Shown: positions 8,962 to 19,433, numbered from the stretch's first letter. The stretch: 64,000 nt of DNA from a bacterium (GCA_021787535.1 JAJYLR010000001.1:19648-83647), one strand, 5' to 3'. A program made the numbers and translations. Notes: a model not told the origin generated them from the sequence alone.

Positions 8962-9606
8962 ATGGAAATAACTGATAAGGATATTTTAGGCGCTGATAGT
9001 ATTTCAGCTTTGAATGAGTTTGTTTCAAAGTGTGAGCGGTGTTCGCTGTTTAAAACAAAAACCAAAGATGTGCCGGGAGTCGGCAGCGAGACGGCCGATG
9101 TCATGTTTATCGGCGAAGCGCCGGGTAAGGATGAAGATCTGCAAGGCGAACCCTTTGTCGGACGGGCCGGGCAGCTCCTAACGGAATTAATTGAGAGCTT
9201 GGGTTGGCAGCGCAGTGATGTTTACATCGCAAATGTCCTAAAACACAGGCCGCCGAACAACCGCGATCCGTTGCCTGCCGAAGCCGAAGCCTGTTGGCCA
9301 TATCTGAAGCGCCAAATTGAAATTATTGATCCGAAGCTAATCGTATTTCTAGGCCGGCATGCTATGAATCGCTTCTTTCCGACGTTACAGATTTCAAAAC
9401 ATCACGGCAAGGCATTTAGAAAAGAATTTAACGGCCGGAAGCAAGTATTTTATGCGCTTTATCACCCGGCGGTAGCGCTTTATAACGGCTCAATGAAAGA
9501 GACATTGCAAACTGATTTTAATAGGATTCCTAAGATTCTAAAAAAGATAGATGAAGAAAATTTAAATAATAATGACAATCAACCTAAACAACAAAAACTA
9601 ATTTAG
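8962..9606 (+). CDS. udg: Uracil-DNA glycosylase, family 4 (UdgA-type)
   Basis: Family-4 motifs [23 protein letters not shown] and [10 protein letters not shown]-terminal Cys cluster CERCSL. Confidence 0.85.
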   Translation: MEITDKDILGADSISALNEFVSKCERCSLFKTKTKDVPGVGSETADVMFIGEAPGKDEDLQGEPFVGRAGQLLTELIESLGWQRSDVYIANVLKHRPPNNRDPLPAEAEACWPYLKRQIEIIDPKLIVFLGRHAMNRFFPTLQISKHHGKAFRKEFNGRKQVFYALYHPAVALYNGSMKETLQTDFNRIPKILKKIDEENLNNNDNQPKQQKLI

Positions 9607-9652
9607 GTTGTTATCCTGAAACATGGCTTTAGACCCCAATCTTATTGATATA

Positions 9653-9677
9653 GATTCCGGATCAAGTCCGGAATGAC
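9653..9677. repeat. Solo core hairpin of the palindromic element family: gattccgga-tcaag-tccggaatgac
   Basis: Stem 8 bp, CAAG-type loop, GAATGAC terminus. Located in the rnj upstream region. Confidence 0.6.
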
Positions 9678-9803
9678 AAATATATGAATTAATAATAAAA
9701 TTAAGAACTCTAAAGGCCATTAAATTGGCAGACCAATCTACGCTAAAGCGGAGTTTATCCGACCCCTGGCGGAGGCAGGCAGAAAGGAAAAATTAATAAC
9801 AAA

Positions 9804-11603
9804 ATGAACAAACAAACTAAAACAAAACCGAGAAGGAAAATGCCGACGGCGCATGATATTGCTATTAAACAAAAAAATATCAAGACAAAAAACGAGAGTG
9901 TCATGCAAAGCTCTCACCAGACAACAACAGGAAAGGGAGTTTTGAAGATCATCCCTCTCGGCGGTGTCGGCGAGATCGGTAAAAACTTGACTGTCTATGA
10001 ATACGACAATGACATTATCATCGTCGATATGGGTTTTATCTTCCCTGACAGCGATATGCTGGGAGTGGATTATCTGATTCCTGACGTTTCCTATTTGCAA
10101 GACAAAAAGGATAAAATCAGAGGTGTTTTAATCACTCACGGACACGAAGATCATATCGGAGGCATTCCCTATATTATGCCTCAGATCAATGCTCCGATTT
10201 ATGCTCCGAAGCTGACCTGCGGGCTGATTGAAGCAAAGCTGGAAGAGCATCCTCAGGCACGAGGGGTAAAGCTTAACGTCATCGATCCGGATAAGGACAA
10301 GATCAAGCTTGGTGCCTTTGAAATAGAATGGTTCAGAGTAGCTCACTCGATTCCGGATGCCGTTGGAATTGTACTAAAAACTCCGACTACCGGCCGAGTT
10401 ATCTATACCGGAGACTTTCGTTTTGACCATTCTCCGGTGGACGGGCGCAAGACTGATATTGCCAAGCTTTCCAAGTTTGGCGACGAAGGTGTGCTTGCCC
10501 TTCTTTCAGACAGTACAAATGCCGAGGTACCCGGCTTTTCTATCAGTGAGAAAACTATAGCCGGCACATTTGACAGTATCTTTGAAAAAGCTGAAGGACG
10601 TATCATTATCGCCTCGTTTGCTTCTCAGATTAATAGAATTCAAATGGTGATAAACGCCACTCAGAAACATAACCGAAAAATTGCCTTTTCCGGCAGGAGT
10701 CTGCTTCGAAACATCGAAGTGGCGGTTCGGCTGGGATATTTAAAAATTCCGCAAGGGCTGGCTGTAAAAATTCAGGATATCGGCAGTATTCCGGCAAATC
10801 GTATCGTAGTCATGAGTACTGGATCGCAAGGAGAAGCAATGTCGGCGCTATCTCGAATGGCTAGGGGCGAGCACAAACAGGTAAAGATCGGGAAAGGCGA
10901 TACTGTTGTCTATTCATCCTCGCCTATTCCCGGGAATGAATCTGCTATCACCGCTGTTGTCGACGACCTTTTCAGGCGGGGCGCCGAGGTGGTTTTTGAT
11001 GAGAAAAACGGATCGCGCACTCATGTATCGGGACATCCGGGACAGGAGGAGCTGAAACTAATGATGGAACTAGTCAGACCAAAATATTTGGTGCCTTGGC
11101 ACGGCGAGGTTCATCATCTAGTTCATCATGCTCAGTTGGCGCAAGAGGTCGGTATTCCTAAAGAAAATACTCCAATTCTTGATATCGGCGATGTTCTGGA
11201 AGTGACGAAAGACAGAGTAGTGAAAACTGACAGAAGGGTTCAGAATGGCGTTGTCTTGGTTGACGGTCTCGGTATTGGCGACGTCGGGGAAATAGTTCTT
11301 CGCGACCGTAAAGTAATGGCGACGGAAGGCATGTTTGTGGTTATCTGTACGGTTGATAAAAAAACCGGCCGGCTTTTGACTTCTCCGGACATTATTTCCC
11401 GTGGCTTCATCTATATGCGGGAAAACGAGCAGCTGGTCAATAACGCTCGCAATGAAGTCAAGAAAATGATGGTAAGAAGAGATGGCGAACCTTTGCCTGA
11501 CTGGCCGAAAATGAAGCTGAAAATCCGCGACCATGTCAGCAGCTATCTCTACAGCCATACCAAAAGAAGCCCGATGGTGATATCGGTGATTATTGAAGTG
11601 TAG
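9804..11603 (+). CDS. rnj: Ribonuclease J (metallo-beta-lactamase/beta-CASP RNase). Start uncertain; alternative Met codons at 9840 and 9903.
   Basis: LITHGHEDHIGGIPYI (HxHxDH). beta-CASP and RNase J C-terminal regions present. Confidence 0.9.
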   Translation: MNKQTKTKPRRKMPTAHDIAIKQKNIKTKNESVMQSSHQTTTGKGVLKIIPLGGVGEIGKNLTVYEYDNDIIIVDMGFIFPDSDMLGVDYLIPDVSYLQDKKDKIRGVLITHGHEDHIGGIPYIMPQINAPIYAPKLTCGLIEAKLEEHPQARGVKLNVIDPDKDKIKLGAFEIEWFRVAHSIPDAVGIVLKTPTTGRVIYTGDFRFDHSPVDGRKTDIAKLSKFGDEGVLALLSDSTNAEVPGFSISEKTIAGTFDSIFEKAEGRIIIASFASQINRIQMVINATQKHNRKIAFSGRSLLRNIEVAVRLGYLKIPQGLAVKIQDIGSIPANRIVVMSTGSQGEAMSALSRMARGEHKQVKIGKGDTVVYSSSPIPGNESAITAVVDDLFRRGAEVVFDEKNGSRTHVSGHPGQEELKLMMELVRPKYLVPWHGEVHHLVHHAQLAQEVGIPKENTPILDIGDVLEVTKDRVVKTDRRVQNGVVLVDGLGIGDVGEIVLRDRKVMATEGMFVVICTVDKKTGRLLTSPDIISRGFIYMRENEQLVNNARNEVKKMMVRRDGEPLPDWPKMKLKIRDHVSSYLYSHTKRSPMVISVIIEV

Positions 11604-11772
11604 GTTGTAATAGCGGCTAAGCGGTGACTCATTGTGGTTTATGGCTGCTTATTGTTTTACGATTAGCACCTATAAGTCACTTAGTCACGACCAGTCACTT
11701 TTCGTTCTGATATATTTACATTCTCAAACACTCTACTTTGGTTTATAATTAAACTGAGTTAATGAGGAAACT

Positions 11773-13863
11773 ATGGCTAGGAAAAGAAAACCGGGCAGGC
11801 CTAAGGGCTCAACTAATAAGAAAAAACAAGCGGAAATATCGGCACTTGATCCCAAACTAGTCGGGGAAATAGTTGCTGTCGGACTTTTTATTTTAGCCGT
11901 GATTCTTCTGGCTGGCGCTTTCAACTTTGGCGGAAGTTGGGCGATTAAAATCTTCTCTGATTTTAAAACCGTTATCGGTTTTGTGACGTATCTTGCGCCA
12001 TTTATTTTAGTCGGGATCGGCTATTGCCTTTTCTTTCCGGAAAGGTTTCCGGTTACAAAAATTTCTCTCTCAGGATTAACAGTGGTCATTTTATCTCTCT
12101 CAGGAATGTCGCAAATTATCTTCAGCTCTTGGAGGCAGCCGGAAGGCGGGGGTATGCTCGGGTCGCTGCTTGCCACTCAGATTTCAAAGTTTTTTAACGC
12201 TCCTATTTCATTTCTTATCTTTACCGCTGCTTTAATTATAGGTTTCATGCTGGCAACAGGCATTACTATCATGGATATTTTTTCCTTATTTAAGCCGAAG
12301 GAAGACGAGGAAGGCGGCAAGAAACCGAAAGAAGATATTAAAATTCATGAAGGTGTGGCTGTAGGCAAAGATACGTTGAGCAAGATCAGAAAACCGGAAC
12401 CGCAGAAGGAGCCAGAAACCGTCATGATGGTCGGTGAAGATTCGAACTGGAAACTTCCCTCAGTTGATTTGCTGGAGGATACTGTTACAAAAGCAGATAG
12501 CGGAAACGTAAAGCAAAATGCAGCGGTTATTCAGGAAACTTTAGGCAAGTTCAACATCGATGTTGCGATGCGCGACGTCAATGTCGGCCCGACAGTAACC
12601 CAATATACCTTAAAGCCGTCCGACGGCGTGAAGCTTTCAAAAATCACAAACCTTGACCGAGATTTGGCTCTGGCTTTGGCTGCCCACCCGATCCGAATCG
12701 AGGCGCCGATTCCCGGAAAATCTCTTGTGGGAGTGGAAATTCCGAACAAAAAAACAGCCACGGTTCGGCTAAAAAATATTTTAACAAGCGAAACATTTAA
12801 AAATCGCAGATCGCAGCTCTCGTCCGTACTCGGGCTCGATGTTTCCGGTCATCCTCAGATTGCCGATATTACCAGGATGCCTCATCTACTCATCGCCGGT
12901 TCCACCGGTTCCGGCAAATCGGTTTGCATTAACTCTCTTCTTTTGAGTCTTCTGTATCAGAATTCGCCGAACCAACTGAAACTTATCTTAGTTGATCCGA
13001 AGAGAGTGGAACTCTCTTTATATAATGATCTGCCCCACCTGCTGGCGCCGGTCATTGTGGAACCGGAAAAGACAGTTTCGGCGCTCAAGTGGGCTATCAT
13101 CGAAATGGAAAGGCGTTATCAGCTTCTCCAAGGCGCAGGTAAAAGGAATATTGCCGATTACAATGCCATTAAAGGCAAAGAAGGTATGCCTTACATCGTG
13201 ATTATGATCGACGAACTCGCAGATATTATGGCAGTGGCTTCGAAAGAAGTGGAGGGTTTGATTTGCCGTTTGGCTCAAATGGCCAGAGCGGTCGGCATCC
13301 ATTTAGTTTTGGCGACGCAGCGGCCGAGCGTAGATGTTATTACCGGTCTTATCAAAGCAAATATTACAACTCGTATTGCCTTTTCTGTGGCATCGCTAGT
13401 CGACTCCAGAACGATCCTTGATCAAGCGGGAGCCGAGAAATTGCTCGGAAACGGCGATATGCTTTTCGTTTCAGCAGAATTTTCAAAGCCAAAAAGAATT
13501 CAAGGAACATTTATTTCAGAAAAAGAGGTGAAAGCGGTTACTGATTTTGTGAAAAGCGAGGCATCGCCTGAATATAATAAAGAAGTGCTTGAGCAAAAGG
13601 TCGGAGGTACAAAAGGCGGCGACTTTGATGTGCCTGATGATGACCTTTTTCTTGATGCCGTTGACTGTGTAATTCGCTCAAACAAAGCGTCATCATCACT
13701 TTTGCAAAGGCGGCTCAGGATCGGTTATGCTCGCGCAGCCAGATTGCTTGATCTTTTAGAAGAAAAAGGCGTGGTTGGCCCTCCGGACGGATCAAGGCCC
13801 AGGGATGTCTTGATCTCCGATATTTCTGAAATTATTGATGAGAAAGAGGAAGTTGAGAGCTAA
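11773..13863 (+). CDS. ftsK: DNA translocase FtsK/SpoIIIE
   Basis: N-terminal TM segments, Walker A GSTGSGKSVCINSLL, LVLATQRPSVDVITG, C-terminal gamma winged-helix region. Confidence 0.9.
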   Translation: MARKRKPGRPKGSTNKKKQAEISALDPKLVGEIVAVGLFILAVILLAGAFNFGGSWAIKIFSDFKTVIGFVTYLAPFILVGIGYCLFFPERFPVTKISLSGLTVVILSLSGMSQIIFSSWRQPEGGGMLGSLLATQISKFFNAPISFLIFTAALIIGFMLATGITIMDIFSLFKPKEDEEGGKKPKEDIKIHEGVAVGKDTLSKIRKPEPQKEPETVMMVGEDSNWKLPSVDLLEDTVTKADSGNVKQNAAVIQETLGKFNIDVAMRDVNVGPTVTQYTLKPSDGVKLSKITNLDRDLALALAAHPIRIEAPIPGKSLVGVEIPNKKTATVRLKNILTSETFKNRRSQLSSVLGLDVSGHPQIADITRMPHLLIAGSTGSGKSVCINSLLLSLLYQNSPNQLKLILVDPKRVELSLYNDLPHLLAPVIVEPEKTVSALKWAIIEMERRYQLLQGAGKRNIADYNAIKGKEGMPYIVIMIDELADIMAVASKEVEGLICRLAQMARAVGIHLVLATQRPSVDVITGLIKANITTRIAFSVASLVDSRTILDQAGAEKLLGNGDMLFVSAEFSKPKRIQGTFISEKEVKAVTDFVKSEASPEYNKEVLEQKVGGTKGGDFDVPDDDLFLDAVDCVIRSNKASSSLLQRRLRIGYARAARLLDLLEEKGVVGPPDGSRPRDVLISDISEIIDEKEEVES

Positions 13864-14825
13864 TGACACCGGCAAAATTTATCAGAACGACAATCTCAGA
13901 GCGGGAAGCTTTGGGGGAAAAACTGGCCAAAAAGAGAAATTCTCTTCATTTGGATATTAAAGACGTGGAAAAGCAAACGAAGATTCCGGCCCGGCATGTT
14001 AAAAATATCGAAGAAGGCAACTTCTCCAAACTGCCGCCCGATGTGTATACCCGTGGTTTTGTAAGAACTTATGCTTCATTTTTAGGGTTAAATACCAAGA
14101 AAATTTTAACTTCTTACGATAAAGAAAGAGGGTTAGAGAAAAAACTCAAAATGAAGGATAAGCCCTCGCCTCAGCCCAAATCAACACTGAAAACCCCAAA
14201 GATGGTCATTACCCCTAAAAAATTAATTGTTTTGGGATCGTCTCTAGCTGTACTTTTAGTTCTTTTCTTTATCGGCTGGCAAATCAAAATTTTGACAGCG
14301 CCGCCGGTTTTGAATGTTACCAGTCCGGCTGACAATTCAAATGTAACAGAAGATTATATTTATGTTGCCGGACAAACCGATCGCGATGCTGATCTCTATA
14401 TTAATGATGTCAAAGTCGGTACCGATGACGCTGGAACATTTAAAGAGAGGGTGAGCTTACAGGATGGTGTCAATATTATTGACATTAAAGCAAAAAATAA
14501 GCTAGATAAAGAAACAGTTGTGGAACGCAAAATCTCAGCAGCTTTGCCTCTCACAACTGCAACAGTTGATAGAACTATTTATCCTTTAGAGGTGAAAGTT
14601 GTGATAGGTCCTCATCCGGCTAATGTTGATATTGTGCGCGACGGTGAAAAACTGAATGTTTCCGGAGTAATGCTGGCCGGCTCAACTCAAGTTTTTTATG
14701 CCAAAAACAATATTGTTTTAAGCACAAACAACGCCGGCAGTACTAAAGTTATTTTAAACGGCAAAGATCTGGGGCCTTTAGGCCAGGAGGGGCAAACAAT
14801 AAAAGATAAAAAGTTTTCACAGTGA
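13863..14825 (+). CDS. rodZ: RodZ-like cytoskeleton protein (N-terminal XRE-type HTH, TM anchor, extracytoplasmic domain)
   Basis: HTH region IKDVEKQTKIPARHVKNIEEGNFSKLPPDVYTRGFVRTYASFLGL is typical of RodZ. Single TM. Confidence 0.7.
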   Translation: MTPAKFIRTTISEREALGEKLAKKRNSLHLDIKDVEKQTKIPARHVKNIEEGNFSKLPPDVYTRGFVRTYASFLGLNTKKILTSYDKERGLEKKLKMKDKPSPQPKSTLKTPKMVITPKKLIVLGSSLAVLLVLFFIGWQIKILTAPPVLNVTSPADNSNVTEDYIYVAGQTDRDADLYINDVKVGTDDAGTFKERVSLQDGVNIIDIKAKNKLDKETVVERKISAALPLTTATVDRTIYPLEVKVVIGPHPANVDIVRDGEKLNVSGVMLAGSTQVFYAKNNIVLSTNNAGSTKVILNGKDLGPLGQEGQTIKDKKFSQ

Positions 14826-14909
14826 ACTTTTGTCCTAAATGACTAATTCCAAAATTCATATTCCCATTCAATGATTCAAAATACTAAATTCTAAATTCAA
14901 GGAGTTTTT

Positions 14910-15413
14910 ATGGCAAAAGATTTTTCATTCGATATTGAAAGCGATTTCGACATGATGGAAATGACGAATGCGCTTGACCAGACTAAGCGGGAGATTGCCC
15001 AGCGTTATGATTTCAAAGGGACAAACTCTTCTATTGAATTCGATGATGATAAAAAGGGATTAGTTTTGCTTGGCGACAGTGATTACAAAGTTGATGCCAT
15101 GATAGACATTATCGAGTCCAAGATGGTGAAGCGAAATCTTTCATTAAAGATATTAGATAAATCCAGCCCGAAAGAATATGCTTCAGGTGACAGGGTTCGC
15201 CAGAAAATCGCGTTTAAAAAGGGTATGGACTCAGAATATGCCAAGAAGATTTCAAAAGCTATACGTGATCAATATCCTAAAGTTAAGACGCAAATTCAGG
15301 GCGATACGATTCGGGTTTCTTCCGGTTCAAAAGATGATCTGCAGGGTGTAATGCAGCTTCTCCGTTCTCAAGAATCTATAGATATCCCGCTTCAATTTAC
15401 AAATTACAGATAA
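14910..15413 (+). CDS. yajQ: YajQ family (UPF0234) nucleotide / cyclic-di-GMP binding protein
   Basis: N-terminus FSFDIESDFDMMEMTNALDQTKREIAQRYDFKG and C-terminus LQFTNYR match the YajQ family. Confidence 0.85.
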   Translation: MAKDFSFDIESDFDMMEMTNALDQTKREIAQRYDFKGTNSSIEFDDDKKGLVLLGDSDYKVDAMIDIIESKMVKRNLSLKILDKSSPKEYASGDRVRQKIAFKKGMDSEYAKKISKAIRDQYPKVKTQIQGDTIRVSSGSKDDLQGVMQLLRSQESIDIPLQFTNYR

Positions 15414-15460
15414 GAAAACCCCCGTACGCGAGGGCTTTCTGCTGTTGGAGAAGCATCTTT

Positions 15461-15871
15461 CTATTCAATTGATAGGTGGAGTTTTATGGGCAGGCCTTTT
15501 AGGTGAGATTCATTTAAGGCATGTTCTGCCTCTTCTTTTGAAATGGCAACATCGATGATGAAAGCTTCTTCCTCGGCCTCTTTTTGCCCTTCGTAACATT
15601 CATCAAGCGGTTTGTTGAGCTTTGGAGTGTAGGACTTATTCGTACGCCTGACACTCATACTGCTTTTCTTCAGATGACCGCTGTTGACCAGTGATGAGAT
15701 GCGAGTACTCACCTTATTTTCTGCTATCAGGTAAGGCTTGCCGGTAAGAATATCATGCAAGTTATCGAGGCCTATTGCACCGCCATTTATCTCTACAGCA
15801 TGGATGACTTTGCCGGCATCTGAAGCCAGACATTCGGGACTTATCTCTGTAATGTTTATTATGTCGGCCAT
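15461..15871 (-). CDS. Hypothetical protein
   Basis: ORF with a plausible RBS. No family recognised. Confidence 0.35.
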   Translation of the reverse strand: MADIINITEISPECLASDAGKVIHAVEINGGAIGLDNLHDILTGKPYLIAENKVSTRISSLVNSGHLKKSSMSVRRTNKSYTPKLNKPLDECYEGQKEAEEEAFIIDVAISKEEAEHALNESHLKGLPIKLHLSIE

Positions 15872-15988
15872 TTTGCCTCCGTTTCTTGGCTACTCCAACA
15901 TATAGGTTCGCCCTTCTTGAGAATAGAATTCTAGCACAACAAGATTAGAGAGTCTTTGGGCAAGCGCACAAATAGTCATCGTTTAATA

Positions 15989-16017
15989 TTGCAAAATATT
16001 CATATTTAGTATATAAT
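15989..16017 (+). promoter_or_regulatory. Sigma70-type promoter TTGCAA-N17-TATAAT upstream of plsX
   Basis: Near-consensus hexamers with a 17-nt spacer. Confidence 0.5.
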
Positions 16018-16067
16018 CAAATATTCCGTTTGGAATATTTTCTAAAAATCCATTCTCGAAGAAAGGG

Positions 16068-17045
16068 ATGAAGATGCACCAGATACAAATAGGGGTCGAT
16101 GCAGACGGGGGCGACAAAGGTTCAGCGATTGTTGCTGAAGGGATTAGTTTAGCCCTAAGTGAACTGCCTAGCGTTAAGATTATAGCTTTCTCAAAGGATG
16201 ATTTATCTGACTTAGTGGATAAACATTCAGGACAGGTCAGCCAAGTATTAGCACGTGATATTGTGGCAATGACAGATCCTCCTGCCGCTGTCAGAAAAAA
16301 GCCCTACTCTTCGATTACCTTGGCTTGTAAGAGCCAGGAAGTCGACGCAGTGTTCTCTATTGGAAACACCGGTGCGGCGATGTTTGCCGCCAGTACCATT
16401 ATCAAGCGGATTAAAGGAGTTGACAGAGCTGCTCTGGCTACGGTGATTCCGGGACTTAGGGCTTCAGTACTTCTTGACGTAGGAGCAAATGTGGAGTGCA
16501 AGCCGTCATATTTCCCGCAGTTTGCCGCGATGGGCGCTGCCTACGCCGAGATAGTGCTCGGGCGAGAAAATCCGACGATTGGCCTTCTAAACATCGGTGA
16601 AGAAGAAGCCAAAGGCAATGAGTTTATCAAGGAAGTGTATAAACTCATGCAGGATGTGCCTTGTTTTACCGGCAATGTTCAAGGCGGAGATGTTCCGAAA
16701 GGGACTACCGATGTTACTATCGCTGACGGTTTTATCGGCAATGTTGAGCTGAAGGCAATGGAAGGGTCCTCTGAGGCAGTTATAGAAATGATCCGCCGTG
16801 ATGCAGCTTCTTCATTTTTTGCCAAACTCTGTTATTTGCCTGTTGCTTGGCGTCTCAAGAGGATTGGAAAAGGCATTAGCCGCCAGCTTTATGGCGGAGC
16901 GCCGCTCCTCGGAGTTAGAAAGCCGTTCTTGATCGGCCATGGTAGCTCTACTGCGCTTGCTGTGGCCAATGGCATCAGGATCGCCGCCGAATGCGTTCGG
17001 CATGATCTGTCCCTGCAAATTGAAAAAAGGCTGCCTTCTTCCTGA
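16068..17045 (+). CDS. plsX: Phosphate acyltransferase PlsX
   Basis: IGVDADGGDKG (PlsX IAVDAMGGD motif), overall PlsX architecture, ~325 aa. Confidence 0.85.
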   Translation: MKMHQIQIGVDADGGDKGSAIVAEGISLALSELPSVKIIAFSKDDLSDLVDKHSGQVSQVLARDIVAMTDPPAAVRKKPYSSITLACKSQEVDAVFSIGNTGAAMFAASTIIKRIKGVDRAALATVIPGLRASVLLDVGANVECKPSYFPQFAAMGAAYAEIVLGRENPTIGLLNIGEEEAKGNEFIKEVYKLMQDVPCFTGNVQGGDVPKGTTDVTIADGFIGNVELKAMEGSSEAVIEMIRRDAASSFFAKLCYLPVAWRLKRIGKGISRQLYGGAPLLGVRKPFLIGHGSSTALAVANGIRIAAECVRHDLSLQIEKRLPSS

Positions 17046-17084
17046 AGGCAGCCCTCTCTTTATAACTATAAATTTCTATCAAAT

Positions 17085-17113
17085 AAAAAATCCCCTTGTC
17101 GGGGAATTTTTTA
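17085..17113. terminator. Bidirectional rho-independent terminator (aaaaatcccc-ttgtc-ggggaatttttt) between convergent plsX and the cation-efflux gene region
   Basis: GC stem flanked by an A-run and a T-run, so either strand gives hairpin plus U-tract. Confidence 0.65.
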
Positions 17114-17119
17114 TTTCAA

Positions 17120-17212
17120 TTATCTTGCGATAACCGCATAGGTAAAGCCGAAGGCAAGTACCCACAAAACTATTGTCAACATCAACATCCTCTCTTTTAT
17201 GACGACAAACAT
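17120..17212 (-). CDS. Candidate 30-aa hydrophobic micro-protein (MFVVIKERMLMLTIVLWVLAFGFTYAVIAR) downstream of the CDF transporter
   Basis: ATG preceded by a GAGGAG RBS with 8-nt spacing. Single TM helix. Not in the ORF track because it is short. Confidence 0.25.
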   Translation of the reverse strand: MFVVIKERMLMLTIVLWVLAFGFTYAVIAR

Positions 17213-17287
17213 AAGGATACTCCTCAAGCTGTCCACTGTCAAGGACTTTTTGTCAGGTTTCACTTCAAGTAAATTCAGCTGGAGTTT

Positions 17288-18286
17288 TTAGTCCCTAGCA
17301 TTAGTGATGAGAGCCGGCGATTGAGCGATTTTTTCCTGTTCAACCTCGAGATAGATTTCCTTTACCTCAGGACAAATATTTCTAATTTCAGATTCAAGCT
17401 GGTCGGTAAGCGCACCTATCTTATGCACCACCTGCTCGGTATACTCTTTTCGATCGCTTGAAGGATCTCTGCCGATGTTTTCATAAATAAACTCTTCCTT
17501 GAATTCAACATCAGACACTACCACGATATGTTTCGGTCCGAAAATGATGGTTCTTAGATCATGATATTTTTCTATGGCAGGATGGTTTTGAAAAATCTCT
17601 TCAATTTTCCGGTTAGTTGCCAAATGGGATTGGTCAGTCAGCAAGTCTTTATTCTTATTTGCCAGGAATATTGCCACAAAACCGAGCAAGATACCGATGG
17701 CGATTGATGCCAAGCCGTCAAAAACAGAGGTGTGAAAAAAGGATGAGAGTAAAATTCCTAAGGCGGCTATAGCAAGTCCGGTAACGGCGGCGGAATCCTC
17801 GAAAAAGACAGTAATCACGGCGGTTTCAGAGGAACTGTCGAGAAATTTTATCAGCTTGGCTTTACCCTTTGTTTTATGCAAGAACCGGTAAGTTACAAGC
17901 AAGGTATATCCCTCGATCAGAATTGACAGTAGAATCACCAAAAGCGGCCATTCAATGTGCGTAACCTTTTCCGGGTGAAGTATCACGCTTAAGCCTTTTT
18001 GTATCGACAACACGCAGCCAACGATTAATATTCCAAAAGCCGCTATCAAACTCCAGAAAAATCTTTCCTTCCCGAATCCAAACTGATGCTCTTTATCAGC
18101 GGGGCGACTGGCTCTTTTGATGCCGAAAAGCAAGAAAAGCTGATTTGCAGTGTCAGCAATAGAATGCAATCCCTCGGAAAACATGACTGCTGAGCCCGAT
18201 ATGGCGGCAACGGCAAACTTTGATATGGCAACAAGTAGGTTGCCGAAGAAAGCAAAGATAATTTGTTTGGCGCTATGGTCTTCCAT
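17288..18286 (-). CDS. Cation diffusion facilitator (CDF) family metal efflux transporter
   Basis: TM1-2 motif MFSEGLHSIADTANQ, six TM helices, C-terminal cytoplasmic domain. Confidence 0.85.
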   Translation of the reverse strand: MEDHSAKQIIFAFFGNLLVAISKFAVAAISGSAVMFSEGLHSIADTANQLFLLFGIKRASRPADKEHQFGFGKERFFWSLIAAFGILIVGCVLSIQKGLSVILHPEKVTHIEWPLLVILLSILIEGYTLLVTYRFLHKTKGKAKLIKFLDSSSETAVITVFFEDSAAVTGLAIAALGILLSSFFHTSVFDGLASIAIGILLGFVAIFLANKNKDLLTDQSHLATNRKIEEIFQNHPAIEKYHDLRTIIFGPKHIVVVSDVEFKEEFIYENIGRDPSSDRKEYTEQVVHKIGALTDQLESEIRNICPEVKEIYLEVEQEKIAQSPALITNARD

Positions 18287-18328
18287 AATTTTTTTTAAAA
18301 TGTGTAATCTTTTCTTACATAGAGAGCA

Positions 18329-18847
18329 TTAATGAATTTGTGCTGATACTTTTTTACCTGATTTTACCCGCCCACTTCTTACTGTAATCTTATCTTTTTC
18401 GATCTTTACAATATCGCTCTCGGGAATCATAAGGTCGCGGGTTAAAATTTTTAAGAATCCGGACGAGGTGAGATATATCCTTTCCAGGCGCATAACTTTC
18501 AGATTGACGCTGTAATCTCTGACAGTTCCTAAGTTTCTGCCATCTTCATCTATAACTTTCGACCCTAAGATAAAGATTTCCTTATCCAGAATTTCCTTGA
18601 TTCTTACAATCTCATCCTGTTCTCCCAGACTGCCGGCGCTATCAATCATAATGAAGCCGGCGCCAATTCCTTGAATAGCAGAAACACTAGCTGCCATTTT
18701 ACCCTTTCTACCCGGCACTCGGGCAAGAATTCCTGCAACTTTACCGGTGTCCGGATTCAAAATAATATCGTCTAAACTGCCTACGATAGCTTTTTCCTGT
18801 TTAGCAGTGATTAAAACCTTATGAAATTCTGAAGCTAATTTTTGCAT
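18329..18847 (-). CDS. PRC-barrel domain protein (tandem PRC barrels)
   Basis: Two repeats of a PRC-barrel-like segment (GxxV...D....G.VxD). Confidence 0.5.
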   Translation of the reverse strand: MQKLASEFHKVLITAKQEKAIVGSLDDIILNPDTGKVAGILARVPGRKGKMAASVSAIQGIGAGFIMIDSAGSLGEQDEIVRIKEILDKEIFILGSKVIDEDGRNLGTVRDYSVNLKVMRLERIYLTSSGFLKILTRDLMIPESDIVKIEKDKITVRSGRVKSGKKVSAQIH

Positions 18848-18855
18848 AATTCAAT

Positions 18856-18884
18856 TTGACTTTTTAAACGCCTTTTGCTATAAT
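18856..18884 (+). promoter_or_regulatory. Sigma70-type promoter TTGACT-N17-TATAAT upstream of rpsF
   Basis: Near-perfect consensus with a 17-nt spacer. Confidence 0.6.
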
Positions 18885-18980
18885 TTGACGTACATTTAAT
18901 ATTGCTAAAAAGATATTCTCTTTTTGCTTCGTTCATATGATGCGAAGCCCCTTAGGGGTCCGAGGAAAGGAATTTTTTTA

Positions 18981-19433
18981 ATGAAAAAATACGAGATTAC
19001 CTACATTATACACCCGGATTTGGAAGGAAGTACAGAAAAGATCACAGAAAAGATCAAAGCGGCTATTGAAAAATCCGGCGGAAAGGTATTAAATGAAGAG
19101 AGCTGGGGCAAAAAGCGGCTTGCTTACCCGATAAGTAAAAATATTTTTGGCATTTACACTTTTTTGGTTGCCGAGATAGATCCTGGCAAAACAAAAGAAC
19201 TCGAACGTACTCTGAGATTGTCTGAAGAAATTATTCGATCTTTGGTTGTTAAAGCGGGAGAAAAAGAAAGCGTTACGCGAAAGGTTCAAGAGAAAAAGAC
19301 TAAAATTGTGAAGGAATCCAAAGAAGCTGAAACAAAACTGGCAGCTAAGAAAGACAAAAAACCAAAGGAAAAGGAAGAAAAAGAAAGACAAAAAGAACTT
19401 GACGAGAAATTAAAGGAAATTATTGGAGAATAA
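18981..19433 (+). CDS. rpsF: 30S ribosomal protein S6 with a K/E-rich C-terminal tail. Start at the internal ATG with an AGGAAAGG RBS.
   Basis: MKKYEITYIIHPDLEG...GKKRLAYPISK is typical S6. Confidence 0.85.
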   Translation: MKKYEITYIIHPDLEGSTEKITEKIKAAIEKSGGKVLNEESWGKKRLAYPISKNIFGIYTFLVAEIDPGKTKELERTLRLSEEIIRSLVVKAGEKESVTRKVQEKKTKIVKESKEAETKLAAKKDKKPKEKEEKERQKELDEKLKEIIGE

